DNA from: a virus
Lineage: Duplodnaviria; Caudoviricetes
IMG/VR virus record: IMGVR_UViG_3300023118_000002
Span: 1-60,247 of that record
Length of the DNA: 60,247 bases
Reading direction: 5' to 3' (one strand)
Position numbers and translations under genes: made by a program
The notes under the pieces: model-generated
Databases searched by the model: none
What the model was told of the DNA's origin: nothing
The model's input: the letters and a program-made list of their open reading frames with translations, nothing else
Part shown: one piece after another, positions 17,229 to 25,931 of the stretch
How the letters are laid out: the number at the start of each line of letters is the position of its first letter
How positions within the stretch are numbered: the stretch's first letter is position 1

Positions 17229-18017
17229 TTATAGTGAGCTGAGTTGAAAAGTATCTTCGCTTATTTGAATAACCGTAGGCCACGTCAGTTCAGCAGTATC
17301 GCTAGTAACCATGTGGACAGCCTCATCTGGACCGCTAATTGTAGCCGTTCCATCACCGTTGTCGGTAACTTTAAATATAGCTGTTGCTTCAAAGAGCGCA
17401 AGCACCTCAAGAATTGAAGGGAAATGCGAAGGTGTAGTCTCGGTACCGTACAAGAGATTCTCAAGTGCGAGCATGGTAGAGGTATAAGCCTTTGTAGAAT
17501 CCACAAAAATATGAGATGTGGGTCTTGCCCCTGGAACGTAAGCTGGAGTGGTAGAGAGATCCCAGTTAAAGGTCTCGGCGTCTACATCTCCATTAAGACT
17601 AGCATGATCTTTTGATGCTGGTTTCAAATATCCATTGTAGACCAGATGTAGAAGGTACCCCCGAGCAGTACCCTCCACATCTGAACCAAGCAAACTCCGA
17701 TATGAGAGATTGAATGGTGGTCTAAATTGCCCGCTAAAAGCCGGCTGTGCAAACCCATCATAGGGTAACATCTCATCAGGATACGTGTATGCCTCTATCG
17801 ATGCTGAGAAAGTTCCAAGATCAACTTGATTTACCTTCTTTTGACCATCAATATAAAGAACCGTTTGACTGTCGTTATCATCCGTTTCTTTTATAGACAA
17901 CAACCCATTCCAAGGAACACCGATGCCTGATTTGGGATAGAACACTCCACGGTCCAGGCCGGTTTCAAAATATCGAGAACCAGCCAGATCCCACTGAAGT
18001 CTCATGCTAGCTCCCAA
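17229..18017 (-). CDS. major-tail-protein paralog 3
   Basis: W...G.R.FETG.DRGV, VPWNGL, IEAYTYPDE, GY.LHLVYN shared with 19233..20108. Confidence 0.85.
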   Translation of the reverse strand: MGASMRLQWDLAGSRYFETGLDRGVFYPKSGIGVPWNGLLSIKETDDNDSQTVLYIDGQKKVNQVDLGTFSASIEAYTYPDEMLPYDGFAQPAFSGQFRPPFNLSYRSLLGSDVEGTARGYLLHLVYNGYLKPASKDHASLNGDVDAETFNWDLSTTPAYVPGARPTSHIFVDSTKAYTSTMLALENLLYGTETTPSHFPSILEVLALFEATAIFKVTDNGDGTATISGPDEAVHMVTSDTAELTWPTVIQISEDTFQLSSL

Positions 18018-18648
18018 ATATAGATACGATCTCCGCCATTGTAGGCATCCGAGGATCTACCCCTAGAGAGCCATACAGAATGTTTTCAACAGCAGTGATA
18101 TGTGCCAAAGTGGCAAGAGTCGAATTGATAACCAAATGAGCAGATGGCTTGAAGCCCGTAATAACCGGCGGAACTGTAGTAACAGCCCAACTCAAGGTCA
18201 AAGGCTCAACATTATCACCGATTGTACTACGGTCTCGATCAGCGGGCTTTGCAAGAGCATTGTATACTAGGTGTAGCTTATACCCATGGTTTTCTGCTTC
18301 TACATCGTTACCTATGAGAGTGCGATACGAAAAGCCAAACTGCTTACGAGGCTGCTGAGTAATGAAAAGTCCAGCATAGATGCTAGAAGTACCATCGCAC
18401 GGCCCAAACTCCGCCGGGGCAGAAAAGGCTTCAATGGTTGCATTAAACTCTTCAGCACTTGAGATTTGAAGGAATTTGATTCCATCCAAATAGTAGGCTT
18501 CCGGTTCTCCGCCTGACGGTGCCTCTTTCACCGATGTCAAGCCGTTCCACGGTACGCCCGCAGCTGCGTTTGGGGGAAACAGAACACCCCGATCTACACC
18601 GGTCTCAAAATTGCGAGTACCAGTTGCACCCCAAACTAGCCTCGTCAT
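18007..18648 (-). CDS. major-tail-protein paralog 2
   Basis: Same motif series as the major tail protein. Confidence 0.85.
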   Translation of the reverse strand: MTRLVWGATGTRNFETGVDRGVLFPPNAAAGVPWNGLTSVKEAPSGGEPEAYYLDGIKFLQISSAEEFNATIEAFSAPAEFGPCDGTSSIYAGLFITQQPRKQFGFSYRTLIGNDVEAENHGYKLHLVYNALAKPADRDRSTIGDNVEPLTLSWAVTTVPPVITGFKPSAHLVINSTLATLAHITAVENILYGSLGVDPRMPTMAEIVSIFGS

Positions 18649-18651
18649 TTG

Positions 18652-19203
18652 TTAACCCTTCGTATTGAATTTAGCCTTACGTTCTGCGTTCAGATCTCGC
18701 TGCAGCTGTGCAGCTTCCTTCTTAGGCATCATCTTTTTCTTAGGATCGTTCTTGATGTTCACAACTCGAATGAGCGTAAGCAAACGATTAAGATGCCAGT
18801 CCTGAACTTGAAAATCTATTTGCAACGCAACGAGCCAGTAATAGATAATCTCGGCGGTTACTACCTCACCTGAGTTACCTTTAGGCGCGTTGGGATTGTC
18901 ATTAAACCAGGTAGCTGTCATCTTTCGATTGATGTAGGCACCTACCTCGTCGATTACTGGGTCCGGAATGTACGCGTAAACCTCCGGGGGAATTTCCTCG
19001 GAAAGCGTCATGCATCGGATGTAATCTAAAGTCTCTTCTGTGGTTCGCGCTTCCTTACCAAGGAATGGCTTTTCCCACTTTTGCTCCCATTTTGACAGGG
19101 AGACAAGAGAGTGCTCTAACGTGATCTTGGTCTCTTGCGTGTAGATGAAACGATTAGTCTCATCATTGAAGAGTTCCTGTTGTGGGATCGTAATCGTGAG
19201 CAC
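18652..19203 (-). CDS. tail assembly chaperone (single ORF)
   Basis: Follows major tail; LEHSLVSLSKWE and WHLNRLLTLIRV blocks; GAAAGGAGG before GTG 19203. Confidence 0.65.
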   Translation of the reverse strand: MLTITIPQQELFNDETNRFIYTQETKITLEHSLVSLSKWEQKWEKPFLGKEARTTEETLDYIRCMTLSEEIPPEVYAYIPDPVIDEVGAYINRKMTATWFNDNPNAPKGNSGEVVTAEIIYYWLVALQIDFQVQDWHLNRLLTLIRVVNIKNDPKKKMMPKKEAAQLQRDLNAERKAKFNTKG

Positions 19204-19232
19204 TCTCTTGCCTCCTTTCATTCTGTCAGGAT

Positions 19233-20108
19233 CTAGACGAAGTCGTAGAACCAGGTGTTGTCGGTCAGATCCGGGAAGGAGTAACCGTTTGCGGGCTCTG
19301 CACGAACCAGCGTGTCCTTCGTAAGGACCTTAGCGCCCGGCGTGTACAGCACACCAGTCTCGTCGTTGTAGTAGTTGACACCAACAACGGTCGGGATGGT
19401 AAGCGTGTGCGTACCAGACACGTAAGCCGGCTGGGTCGGAGTAACTTCGTTAACCGTACCGCTGAAGAACGCAAGAACTGCAGCGGGAGACGGAAGGTAA
19501 GCATCCTGCCCAACAGAACCGTAAATTGCCTGCTCGAGCGCTGCAAGACCAGCCGGGTCGACCTTCGTCGAATCGATGATGATGATTGCAGACGGCTTGA
19601 GACCGGGAACAGGAATCGGCGTAGTCGTGAACTTCCACGAGAACGTGATCGCGTCAGGCGAGTCGTTGACGGTCGCGTAAGCCTTCTCGGAAGGAGCAGC
19701 AAGTGCACCCCACACAAGATGGATCTTGTAACCGTAGTCCTGGCCCTCAACATCGTTACCGACGAGCGTCTGGTACGAAAGACCAAACGTACGGCGAGAC
19801 TGCTGACCGACGGAAACACCCGGGCTCGGAGTTGCGGTGCCATCGCACTGGGCAAACTCGTCGGGGTATGTGTAGGCCTCGATCGTGCCGGCGAACTCTT
19901 CCGCTGAGACCAGGCTCAGGTAGTTGATGTTGTCGGCGTACTTTTTGGTGACTTCAGCGCCAGAAGGCGACTCGGTAACAGTCGTAAGACCGTTCCAAGC
20001 TACACCCTCAACGTATGCACCAGTATTGTCCGGGAGGTACAGAACCCCATGACTAACACCGGTCTCGTACTCGCGCTCACCAGTCTGATCCCAAAGGAGC
20101 TGAGACAT
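19233..20108 (-). CDS. major tail protein with C-terminal Ig-like domain
   Basis: Tail-tube motifs; GC-biased third codon positions suggesting high expression. Confidence 0.9.
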   Translation of the reverse strand: MSQLLWDQTGEREYETGVSHGVLYLPDNTGAYVEGVAWNGLTTVTESPSGAEVTKKYADNINYLSLVSAEEFAGTIEAYTYPDEFAQCDGTATPSPGVSVGQQSRRTFGLSYQTLVGNDVEGQDYGYKIHLVWGALAAPSEKAYATVNDSPDAITFSWKFTTTPIPVPGLKPSAIIIIDSTKVDPAGLAALEQAIYGSVGQDAYLPSPAAVLAFFSGTVNEVTPTQPAYVSGTHTLTIPTVVGVNYYNDETGVLYTPGAKVLTKDTLVRAEPANGYSFPDLTDNTWFYDFV

Positions 20109-20120
20109 ATAACTTCCTTT

Positions 20121-20450
20121 CTAGAAGTATAGTGAGTAAATATCGTGATAAAGTTCATCTGTTTGAAACTGACGCAGAAATGTGGTCATTTTCAAAGCGG
20201 CAACTTTGTCGGGAATGGGGCTATCAGGATCGTCTGTAATAACAGTGACCTGATAACGATTGGTGTGTGAATATGGAGCGTTGTTGGCGAATATACTCCG
20301 AGTGTCATCCCGTGCATAGATGATGCAAGGGTAAGTAAGTTTCAATTTTGGTTTAGGCTTGAAATATACTTTTAGTTTCTGCTCAGGGAGTTCCCCCATC
20401 AAAGTTTCCAGAACGGTCTGGAGCCGATGCCTTGGGCCCATTGTACACAC
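20121..20450 (-). CDS. tail terminator
   Basis: Position; VYF.P....YPCIIY and RYQVTVI motifs. Confidence 0.7.
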   Translation of the reverse strand: MCTMGPRHRLQTVLETLMGELPEQKLKVYFKPKPKLKLTYPCIIYARDDTRSIFANNAPYSHTNRYQVTVITDDPDSPIPDKVAALKMTTFLRQFQTDELYHDIYSLYF

Positions 20451-20754
20451 CTCCTAACGTAAGATTGAGTCTTCGATCGACAACCTCAACAGTCGAAACT
20501 GTCCAAAGCGTGCCCATCCAAGTTACGTATCGAATGTTAGCAAAATGCATGTTTGCATAGGCATCCGCAACAATACTTAGTGTGTTCCCGACAGTGATCT
20601 CATTAGTAGCAGTATCACCTGGATTCAAACGACGATTGTTGCGAAGGACGTCACCATAGGCATTACGCTCTACGATGACGTCCTTCCACACACCAGGCGA
20701 AGTTTCTACTTGAGCAGGCTCAGCATAACCGAGCTGTCCGAAGAACTTAGCCAT
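20383..20754 (-). CDS. head-to-tail stopper/closure protein
   Basis: Position after capsid; ETSPGVW and IRYVTWMGTLWTV motifs. Confidence 0.7.
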   Translation of the reverse strand: MAKFFGQLGYAEPAQVETSPGVWKDVIVERNAYGDVLRNNRRLNPGDTATNEITVGNTLSIVADAYANMHFANIRYVTWMGTLWTVSTVEVVDRRLNLTLGGVYNGPKASAPDRSGNFDGGTP

Positions 20755-20767
20755 GGATTACTTCTTG

Positions 20768-22774
20768 TTACGCGGTACGAGTGAACGTCCAGTCGCGGTC
20801 GCTGTCGTGCTGGATTCCGTAGTTCGGAGCCGGAACGGCCTCGATGTCGAAAGTAGCGTTGACGGCGATAGCAGGCTGTGCACCCGAGTTCAGGACTGCG
20901 CCAGTGTTCGCGTTCTTGTAGATCACGCCAGTAACGGCCGGGATCGTGACAACACCAGTGCCGTTGACGAAGGTCGGAGCCTGAGCAACGACCACGTGGT
21001 CAGCGTTGATGACGAACGTGACAGCCGACTTCGGCTTGGTCAGCGCACCGGAGATGCGAGTCTCCAGCAGGTACTTCTGCTGGTTGTAGTCGATGTCGAA
21101 GAAGTCGAAGAGGTTGATCTCTCCACCAGCGTCAGCACCAACGGTGTAGTCCGCGAGGTTAACCGCGATACCAATGATGTCGGCGTTGTCCTCCATGACC
21201 TCGACGGTCACGATGTCGGCGACGGTCAGGGCAGCTGCGAGCTCTGCCTTGGTTGCGTACAGACGACGACCCAGGGTGTCCTTCACCAGGATGAGCTTCG
21301 TGAAGACAGCACGAGTGGTGTAGAAGGTGGGGGTACCGGTACCCTTGTAGTTGTTCAGACCCACAACAACAGCATCGATCAGGTCGTTCGGCGCGAGGGT
21401 CGAGGACAGCGGAACGGTGGTGTTGTACATGTCGACGTCGTACGCGATCGGGCGGACGGAGTCCTCGTCGATCTTGTCGTCGTCGTCGGACTCGCGGTTG
21501 TCACCAACGAGGATGGCACGCGCGATTTCCTCGTCGAGCATGACGCGCATCTCAGCCTGAATCCAGACCAGGATGTTGACCTCGGTGATGTCGATGATGT
21601 CATCGCGGTCGAGCTTCTGCTTCTTGTAGACCGTGGTCGGCGTGGTGATGCGACGCAGGAGCTTGATGACCTCGTCCTTCTTGAGGTTACCCTTGACGTA
21701 ACCCTTCGCACGAGCCTCATCTGCCGTCAGGTCAGCCGAGAACGACTTGATCCGAGCAAACGGGCTGTGGTGGGTACCATCGAGAACGTTCTGCACCCAC
21801 TCCATACGACGGGAGACATAGGTGATGCCGTTCTGGTCCAGCTTGGCGTCGGGGAACAGCAGGTCGATGTTCTCGATGCCGTAGTCCGCCGCGTGAGCGA
21901 GGAACGACTGCTTGAGCGAACCGAACTTCGGGCCGTCATCGAGGATGGTCTGAAGCTGAGCCGAGGTGAGCTTCGGACGCTGGGCGCCGTGTGCCAGCGT
22001 GTCCCCGTTCTGCTCGAAGGCGTTGCGCATGTTTTTGATTCCTTCCTGAATCGTTTCGTCGACGTGAGCAAGGAACTCTTCGTCATCAAGTACTGCGGAG
22101 TGTGCTACGGTGCTGCTCGAAGTGGCCTCTTCAACGGCGGCGCCGATGACGTACTCCACAACTTCGGTCTGCTTCGGGGTGAGAGTCTTGAGAATGTCTT
22201 CGACAGTCTCGTTCTCATCCGTTACAACAGTGGACTCGTGCTGAAGCTTCTGCTCCTGCTCGTCGTCCGTCTTGGTGGTGATCTTGTCTCCCACAATTTC
22301 TCCTTCGGGACTTTCGTGCTGGAGCTCTTCTCCAGTGAAAATTACTGCTTCGTCTTCGATGACATCATAGGTTCCGTCACCGTGTGCTAGACTGACATTG
22401 TCAATCTTGGCTTCCATGTTTGCGCCCTGCATTACGAGACTTACTTCCGTAATGTCACCATGCTGGACCAAAGAACCAAGCTGCTGAAGGTTCTTAGCAA
22501 AGATAGAGAGGCTCTCAATGTCACCGTTCTGAACGAGCTGCTTGCCCATCTGACCAGACTCGGTGTCATTAAAGAATCCATAAGTGTAGATGCTGCCATC
22601 TCGGTTCTCGAGAATAGCGTGACCAAGAACATTGTCGAGGTTATCATGACGATGCTTCCAAACTAGCGGGACGGTAAATTTGTCCTGGTGCTTGAAAGCG
22701 TCGGGCATGATAGTCCGTCCATCGCTGCACTTGATACCACTCTTAGTTGCCCATCCACTAAAATCTGCTTCCAT
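20768..22774 (-). CDS. fused prohead protease - scaffold - HK97-fold major capsid protein with C-terminal Ig-like domain
   Basis: HK97-type protease motifs (VWKH, VLGH, SLSI, EVSLV..GAN), acidic linker, capsid region (LDEEIARAILVGD; ETRISGAL.KPKS). Confidence 0.9.
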   Translation of the reverse strand: MEADFSGWATKSGIKCSDGRTIMPDAFKHQDKFTVPLVWKHRHDNLDNVLGHAILENRDGSIYTYGFFNDTESGQMGKQLVQNGDIESLSIFAKNLQQLGSLVQHGDITEVSLVMQGANMEAKIDNVSLAHGDGTYDVIEDEAVIFTGEELQHESPEGEIVGDKITTKTDDEQEQKLQHESTVVTDENETVEDILKTLTPKQTEVVEYVIGAAVEEATSSSTVAHSAVLDDEEFLAHVDETIQEGIKNMRNAFEQNGDTLAHGAQRPKLTSAQLQTILDDGPKFGSLKQSFLAHAADYGIENIDLLFPDAKLDQNGITYVSRRMEWVQNVLDGTHHSPFARIKSFSADLTADEARAKGYVKGNLKKDEVIKLLRRITTPTTVYKKQKLDRDDIIDITEVNILVWIQAEMRVMLDEEIARAILVGDNRESDDDDKIDEDSVRPIAYDVDMYNTTVPLSSTLAPNDLIDAVVVGLNNYKGTGTPTFYTTRAVFTKLILVKDTLGRRLYATKAELAAALTVADIVTVEVMEDNADIIGIAVNLADYTVGADAGGEINLFDFFDIDYNQQKYLLETRISGALTKPKSAVTFVINADHVVVAQAPTFVNGTGVVTIPAVTGVIYKNANTGAVLNSGAQPAIAVNATFDIEAVPAPNYGIQHDSDRDWTFTRTA

Positions 22775-22796
22775 TTTGACTCTTACTCCTTTCGTG

Positions 22797-23510
22797 CTAG
22801 AGATGGTAATAGTGCTTTAGACTTTTATGCTTCTTGCTAGATTTGCGTTTAGCCTTTGCTTTTCCGCGAGCTTTCTTCTTTGGCGGTGGTTTGACATAGC
22901 CCGCAACCTGATCGTGGATGTTCTGCTTTTCAGTATCCGCAATGTTTTGGTATTTAGCTTGCAAGTCATCCATTGCTTTAGAATAGGCTTCGCGCGCAGA
23001 CTTTACTGCATCCGAGAGTTCGTTTGAAATTCGTGCACGGTCTCTCGCGGCTTGACCAGCGGCGTTGTTATACTTGTCGCCAGATTCTTTAGCAGCTCTA
23101 GCTTTGATCTGACGATTCTGTTGCTCGATAAATGCACGCTGTTTAGGCGTAGCATCGGCAGGTATTGGATTTAGTTTGACAGCTGTATTAGCTGCCACAA
23201 GACCCTTTACAATGTCATCGAGTGTAGAATTGATTTGATCAACTGCAGCTTGGGCTTTCGCAACGAGCGCCTCAAGTTTAGCCTTTTGAGCTTCTTGAGA
23301 TGATGTTAGCTCAGCCTTTTTAGCTTTAGAGATGCTATCCCTAGCAACCGCATAAGTATCTCTTTGCTCCTTAGAAGTAAGAGCCGAACGCGCATTCTTA
23401 TCAGCCAACTGCTTAGTACGCTCGTAATATTCATGAGCTTTTACTGGATCGTAGTAGGGAGATGAATAATGCGCTAAACTTTGCTCGTCATACGTCGGAG
23501 TGTCATCCAT
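22797..23510 (-). CDS. coiled-coil protein with LAH leader and basic C-terminus; putative internal virion protein
   Basis: SLAHYSSPYYDP at N-terminus; Lys-rich tail; between portal and capsid. Confidence 0.65.
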   Translation of the reverse strand: MDDTPTYDEQSLAHYSSPYYDPVKAHEYYERTKQLADKNARSALTSKEQRDTYAVARDSISKAKKAELTSSQEAQKAKLEALVAKAQAAVDQINSTLDDIVKGLVAANTAVKLNPIPADATPKQRAFIEQQNRQIKARAAKESGDKYNNAAGQAARDRARISNELSDAVKSAREAYSKAMDDLQAKYQNIADTEKQNIHDQVAGYVKPPPKKKARGKAKAKRKSSKKHKSLKHYYHL

Positions 23511-24913
23511 TACTTACCCGATCCGATTTTCTTAATCTTGGCTTCCAGTTGAACCATTGCGTTCTCAAAGATTGCGTTCTGTTCATCTGAAATATCCGGA
23601 CTGGGGGTTGGTCCTGCAGTAATGGCCTGCTGTTCACCACCTGGACGAATTGGGGTTGATGGAATCTCACCCAAATCTGTAGAGCTGGGTGCAGGAACGC
23701 CTGCCTGAATCGGAAGATTCTTGTTCAGGAGCTTATCCGCATTCGGGTCACTAGAAGGCTTAAAGCCAAGCAATCCGCGGAATTCGTTCGAGGACAGAAT
23801 CTCGTTTCGAGTGAGTTTATCCGCAAGCTCCGCAAGATCCTGGATAGCCAGAAGCTTGAAGGGATCACGGTAGTACTCAATCGACTGACCCTGGGCACGA
23901 GCGGTCTTGGTAAGGAAAGACGATTTCATAGACTCGGTAATTGCACCGAGAATAGGCTCAATTGTACGATTGTAGTAATTAAGCAGCGTCTTTTCATCGG
24001 CAGTACCGTTGAACACCGACTCGGCAAGACCCAGTTGAGAATATAGCATTCCGGTCAAGAACTGCACCTGTGCAAGCATGTTGTTCTCAACAGGACGGTT
24101 CAGCTGAGTAATCTTTTCAGTAGCATCCGTGTAGGCTACTCCGTACTTAGATCCCTTAAGCTGATTCTCAATATCCCGAGCACGCTCTTCAGCCTGATCC
24201 TTACGTGTCTCGTTCTTGACAGCATATGGAAGCTGAATGATCAGGTCGAGCTTACCCGAACTCGCCGCTTCGTCGATTGAGTCAAGAAGACTAAGCTTCC
24301 GAAGCAATCGCTGATACGTTGAGTTGGGCTCGTTCATTACCGAATATAGCGGGTTCTCAACAATAGCCACAACGTCTTTTGGCATTGTAATCTCTTCTTT
24401 GACACCCTTTATGTCATTGTAGACCCGGAGGCGAACATGGCGGGGGTACCAATTGATGATCTCACCTACACGCAATGTGAAAATATCGTATGTACCGGAG
24501 AGAAGCGGAGTATCCGAAGTATCAATCGGAACGATAGCAATGTATCCCTTGTCAAAGAGAGTCATTGCTACATCCTGACGGAAAGCTCGAGCACCCTGGT
24601 CAATATTTGCTTTAAGCGTCAAGCAGTTGTTAAGGCCGCTCTTTGCATCGCGCAGATAGTGCTTGTTCTCATCCAAATATACGTGGTTCATGTTGATTGC
24701 AGCCACGTCGATTCCAACGCGAGTGTAGATGGAAGTAATGATAGAACGATCATTACTAACAGCCATTCGGTTACGACCAGGACTAGCGCCAGAGTTTACA
24801 GACCCACCAAATCCCATTCGGGTTGGACCCTGAACAGGCTGATCCATAAACGCATTCCAAGCGTGTGCCAGTTGTTTAACTCCGTTTGCGGCTCTATCAA
24901 ATAGTGATGCCAC
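23510..24913 (-). CDS. portal protein
   Basis: Size, position, HK97-like motifs (YYNRTIEPIL; ILSSNEFRGLLGF.P). Confidence 0.9.
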   Translation of the reverse strand: MASLFDRAANGVKQLAHAWNAFMDQPVQGPTRMGFGGSVNSGASPGRNRMAVSNDRSIITSIYTRVGIDVAAINMNHVYLDENKHYLRDAKSGLNNCLTLKANIDQGARAFRQDVAMTLFDKGYIAIVPIDTSDTPLLSGTYDIFTLRVGEIINWYPRHVRLRVYNDIKGVKEEITMPKDVVAIVENPLYSVMNEPNSTYQRLLRKLSLLDSIDEAASSGKLDLIIQLPYAVKNETRKDQAEERARDIENQLKGSKYGVAYTDATEKITQLNRPVENNMLAQVQFLTGMLYSQLGLAESVFNGTADEKTLLNYYNRTIEPILGAITESMKSSFLTKTARAQGQSIEYYRDPFKLLAIQDLAELADKLTRNEILSSNEFRGLLGFKPSSDPNADKLLNKNLPIQAGVPAPSSTDLGEIPSTPIRPGGEQQAITAGPTPSPDISDEQNAIFENAMVQLEAKIKKIGSGK

Positions 24914-24948
24914 TACATGTCACCTCCTTTCGAGATTCGAATTGAAAG

Positions 24949-25923
24949 TTATTTGACGACATACTTCCCATTCTTAAGGATAAGTTTAATGACCTCGTGA
25001 CCGGTGTCAATTGACTTAACGCCTTTAATGGTGTTGTATCCGCGATTTACAATTTCAGGATGCGCAAGTAAATAACGGCCGCCGTATTTGACAGTTGCGT
25101 AACCAGCAACTAAAATTCCTGCACCGATTAAATCCTTCTTAAGCGAGTATTCTTTCTTTGGGGCCAAACGGTTGTTATAATCTTTCCGAATAGCACTAGC
25201 TTTGGTAAAAGAATTCTGGCGGTTAGCACGATCGATCTTTGCTTGGTTTGCCGATTCAATTTCAGCTTTATGCCGACCCCAGTGCATACCAAGAACACCA
25301 TGATGAGCCAAAGAATCATCTTCAGGATCAAACTGATTCAGAGCTCGCTCGATGTAATTAATAACCTCTGCTGGATCTAATTCATCGTGTTTAATTGAAG
25401 AGACAGGAATGTTAAGTTCCATAGATGTTAATCCACCCCAAATATCATCAGCTGGACTAAGAATCTCAGTTGTCTTAAAACCCATTTTTTCATAAATATG
25501 CAAAGCGTCCGGTGATTCACCGGGAACTTCAAGCGTTAACTTAGAAATGCCTTTGTCGCGCGCATAATCAATAACACCTGAAACTGCAGCCGAAGCATAC
25601 CCATTCCCACGATGAGCTTTCTTAACGCCCAACCAAACAAGATTTAGAGAATCAGGAGTATCTTGATTGAAAGCGGCTTCTCCAACTTTTTCACCCTTGG
25701 CGTTTTTAAGAGTGAAGCTATGATACTGCTTAACTCTTTCCGCATAACCAGGACTTAGTTTAGAAAGAAGCTTGGGTATGCCAGATGTTGCATCTCGAGA
25801 CACCACAAGCGTTCCGCCACCTTTTAGCTTCTTGGTAAAGGTTGGTCGAGGTTCTTCTTTACGATCGCCCCAGTGCATACCAAGAACACCGTAGTGAGCA
25901 AGGGTCTTATTCAAATATGACAT
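24949..25923 (-). CDS. GNAT acetyltransferase flanked by two LAHxGVLGMHWG modules
   Basis: Acetyl-CoA motif V.K.HRGNGYA and A..IYEKMGF. Confidence 0.8.
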   Translation of the reverse strand: MSYLNKTLAHYGVLGMHWGDRKEEPRPTFTKKLKGGGTLVVSRDATSGIPKLLSKLSPGYAERVKQYHSFTLKNAKGEKVGEAAFNQDTPDSLNLVWLGVKKAHRGNGYASAAVSGVIDYARDKGISKLTLEVPGESPDALHIYEKMGFKTTEILSPADDIWGGLTSMELNIPVSSIKHDELDPAEVINYIERALNQFDPEDDSLAHHGVLGMHWGRHKAEIESANQAKIDRANRQNSFTKASAIRKDYNNRLAPKKEYSLKKDLIGAGILVAGYATVKYGGRYLLAHPEIVNRGYNTIKGVKSIDTGHEVIKLILKNGKYVVK

Positions 25924-25931
25924 TCTACTCC

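Noticed and set aside
18652-19203. Programmed frameshift in the tail assembly chaperone
   Set aside because: Single ORF followed directly by a tail-tube paralog; no second overlapping chaperone frame or convincing slippery site seen
20753-22390. Long plus-strand ORFs (545 aa here; also 49681..51108, 55405..56181, 57611..58477, 25842..26648)
   Set aside because: Antisense shadows of clear minus-strand genes, with no recognisable motifs or RBS
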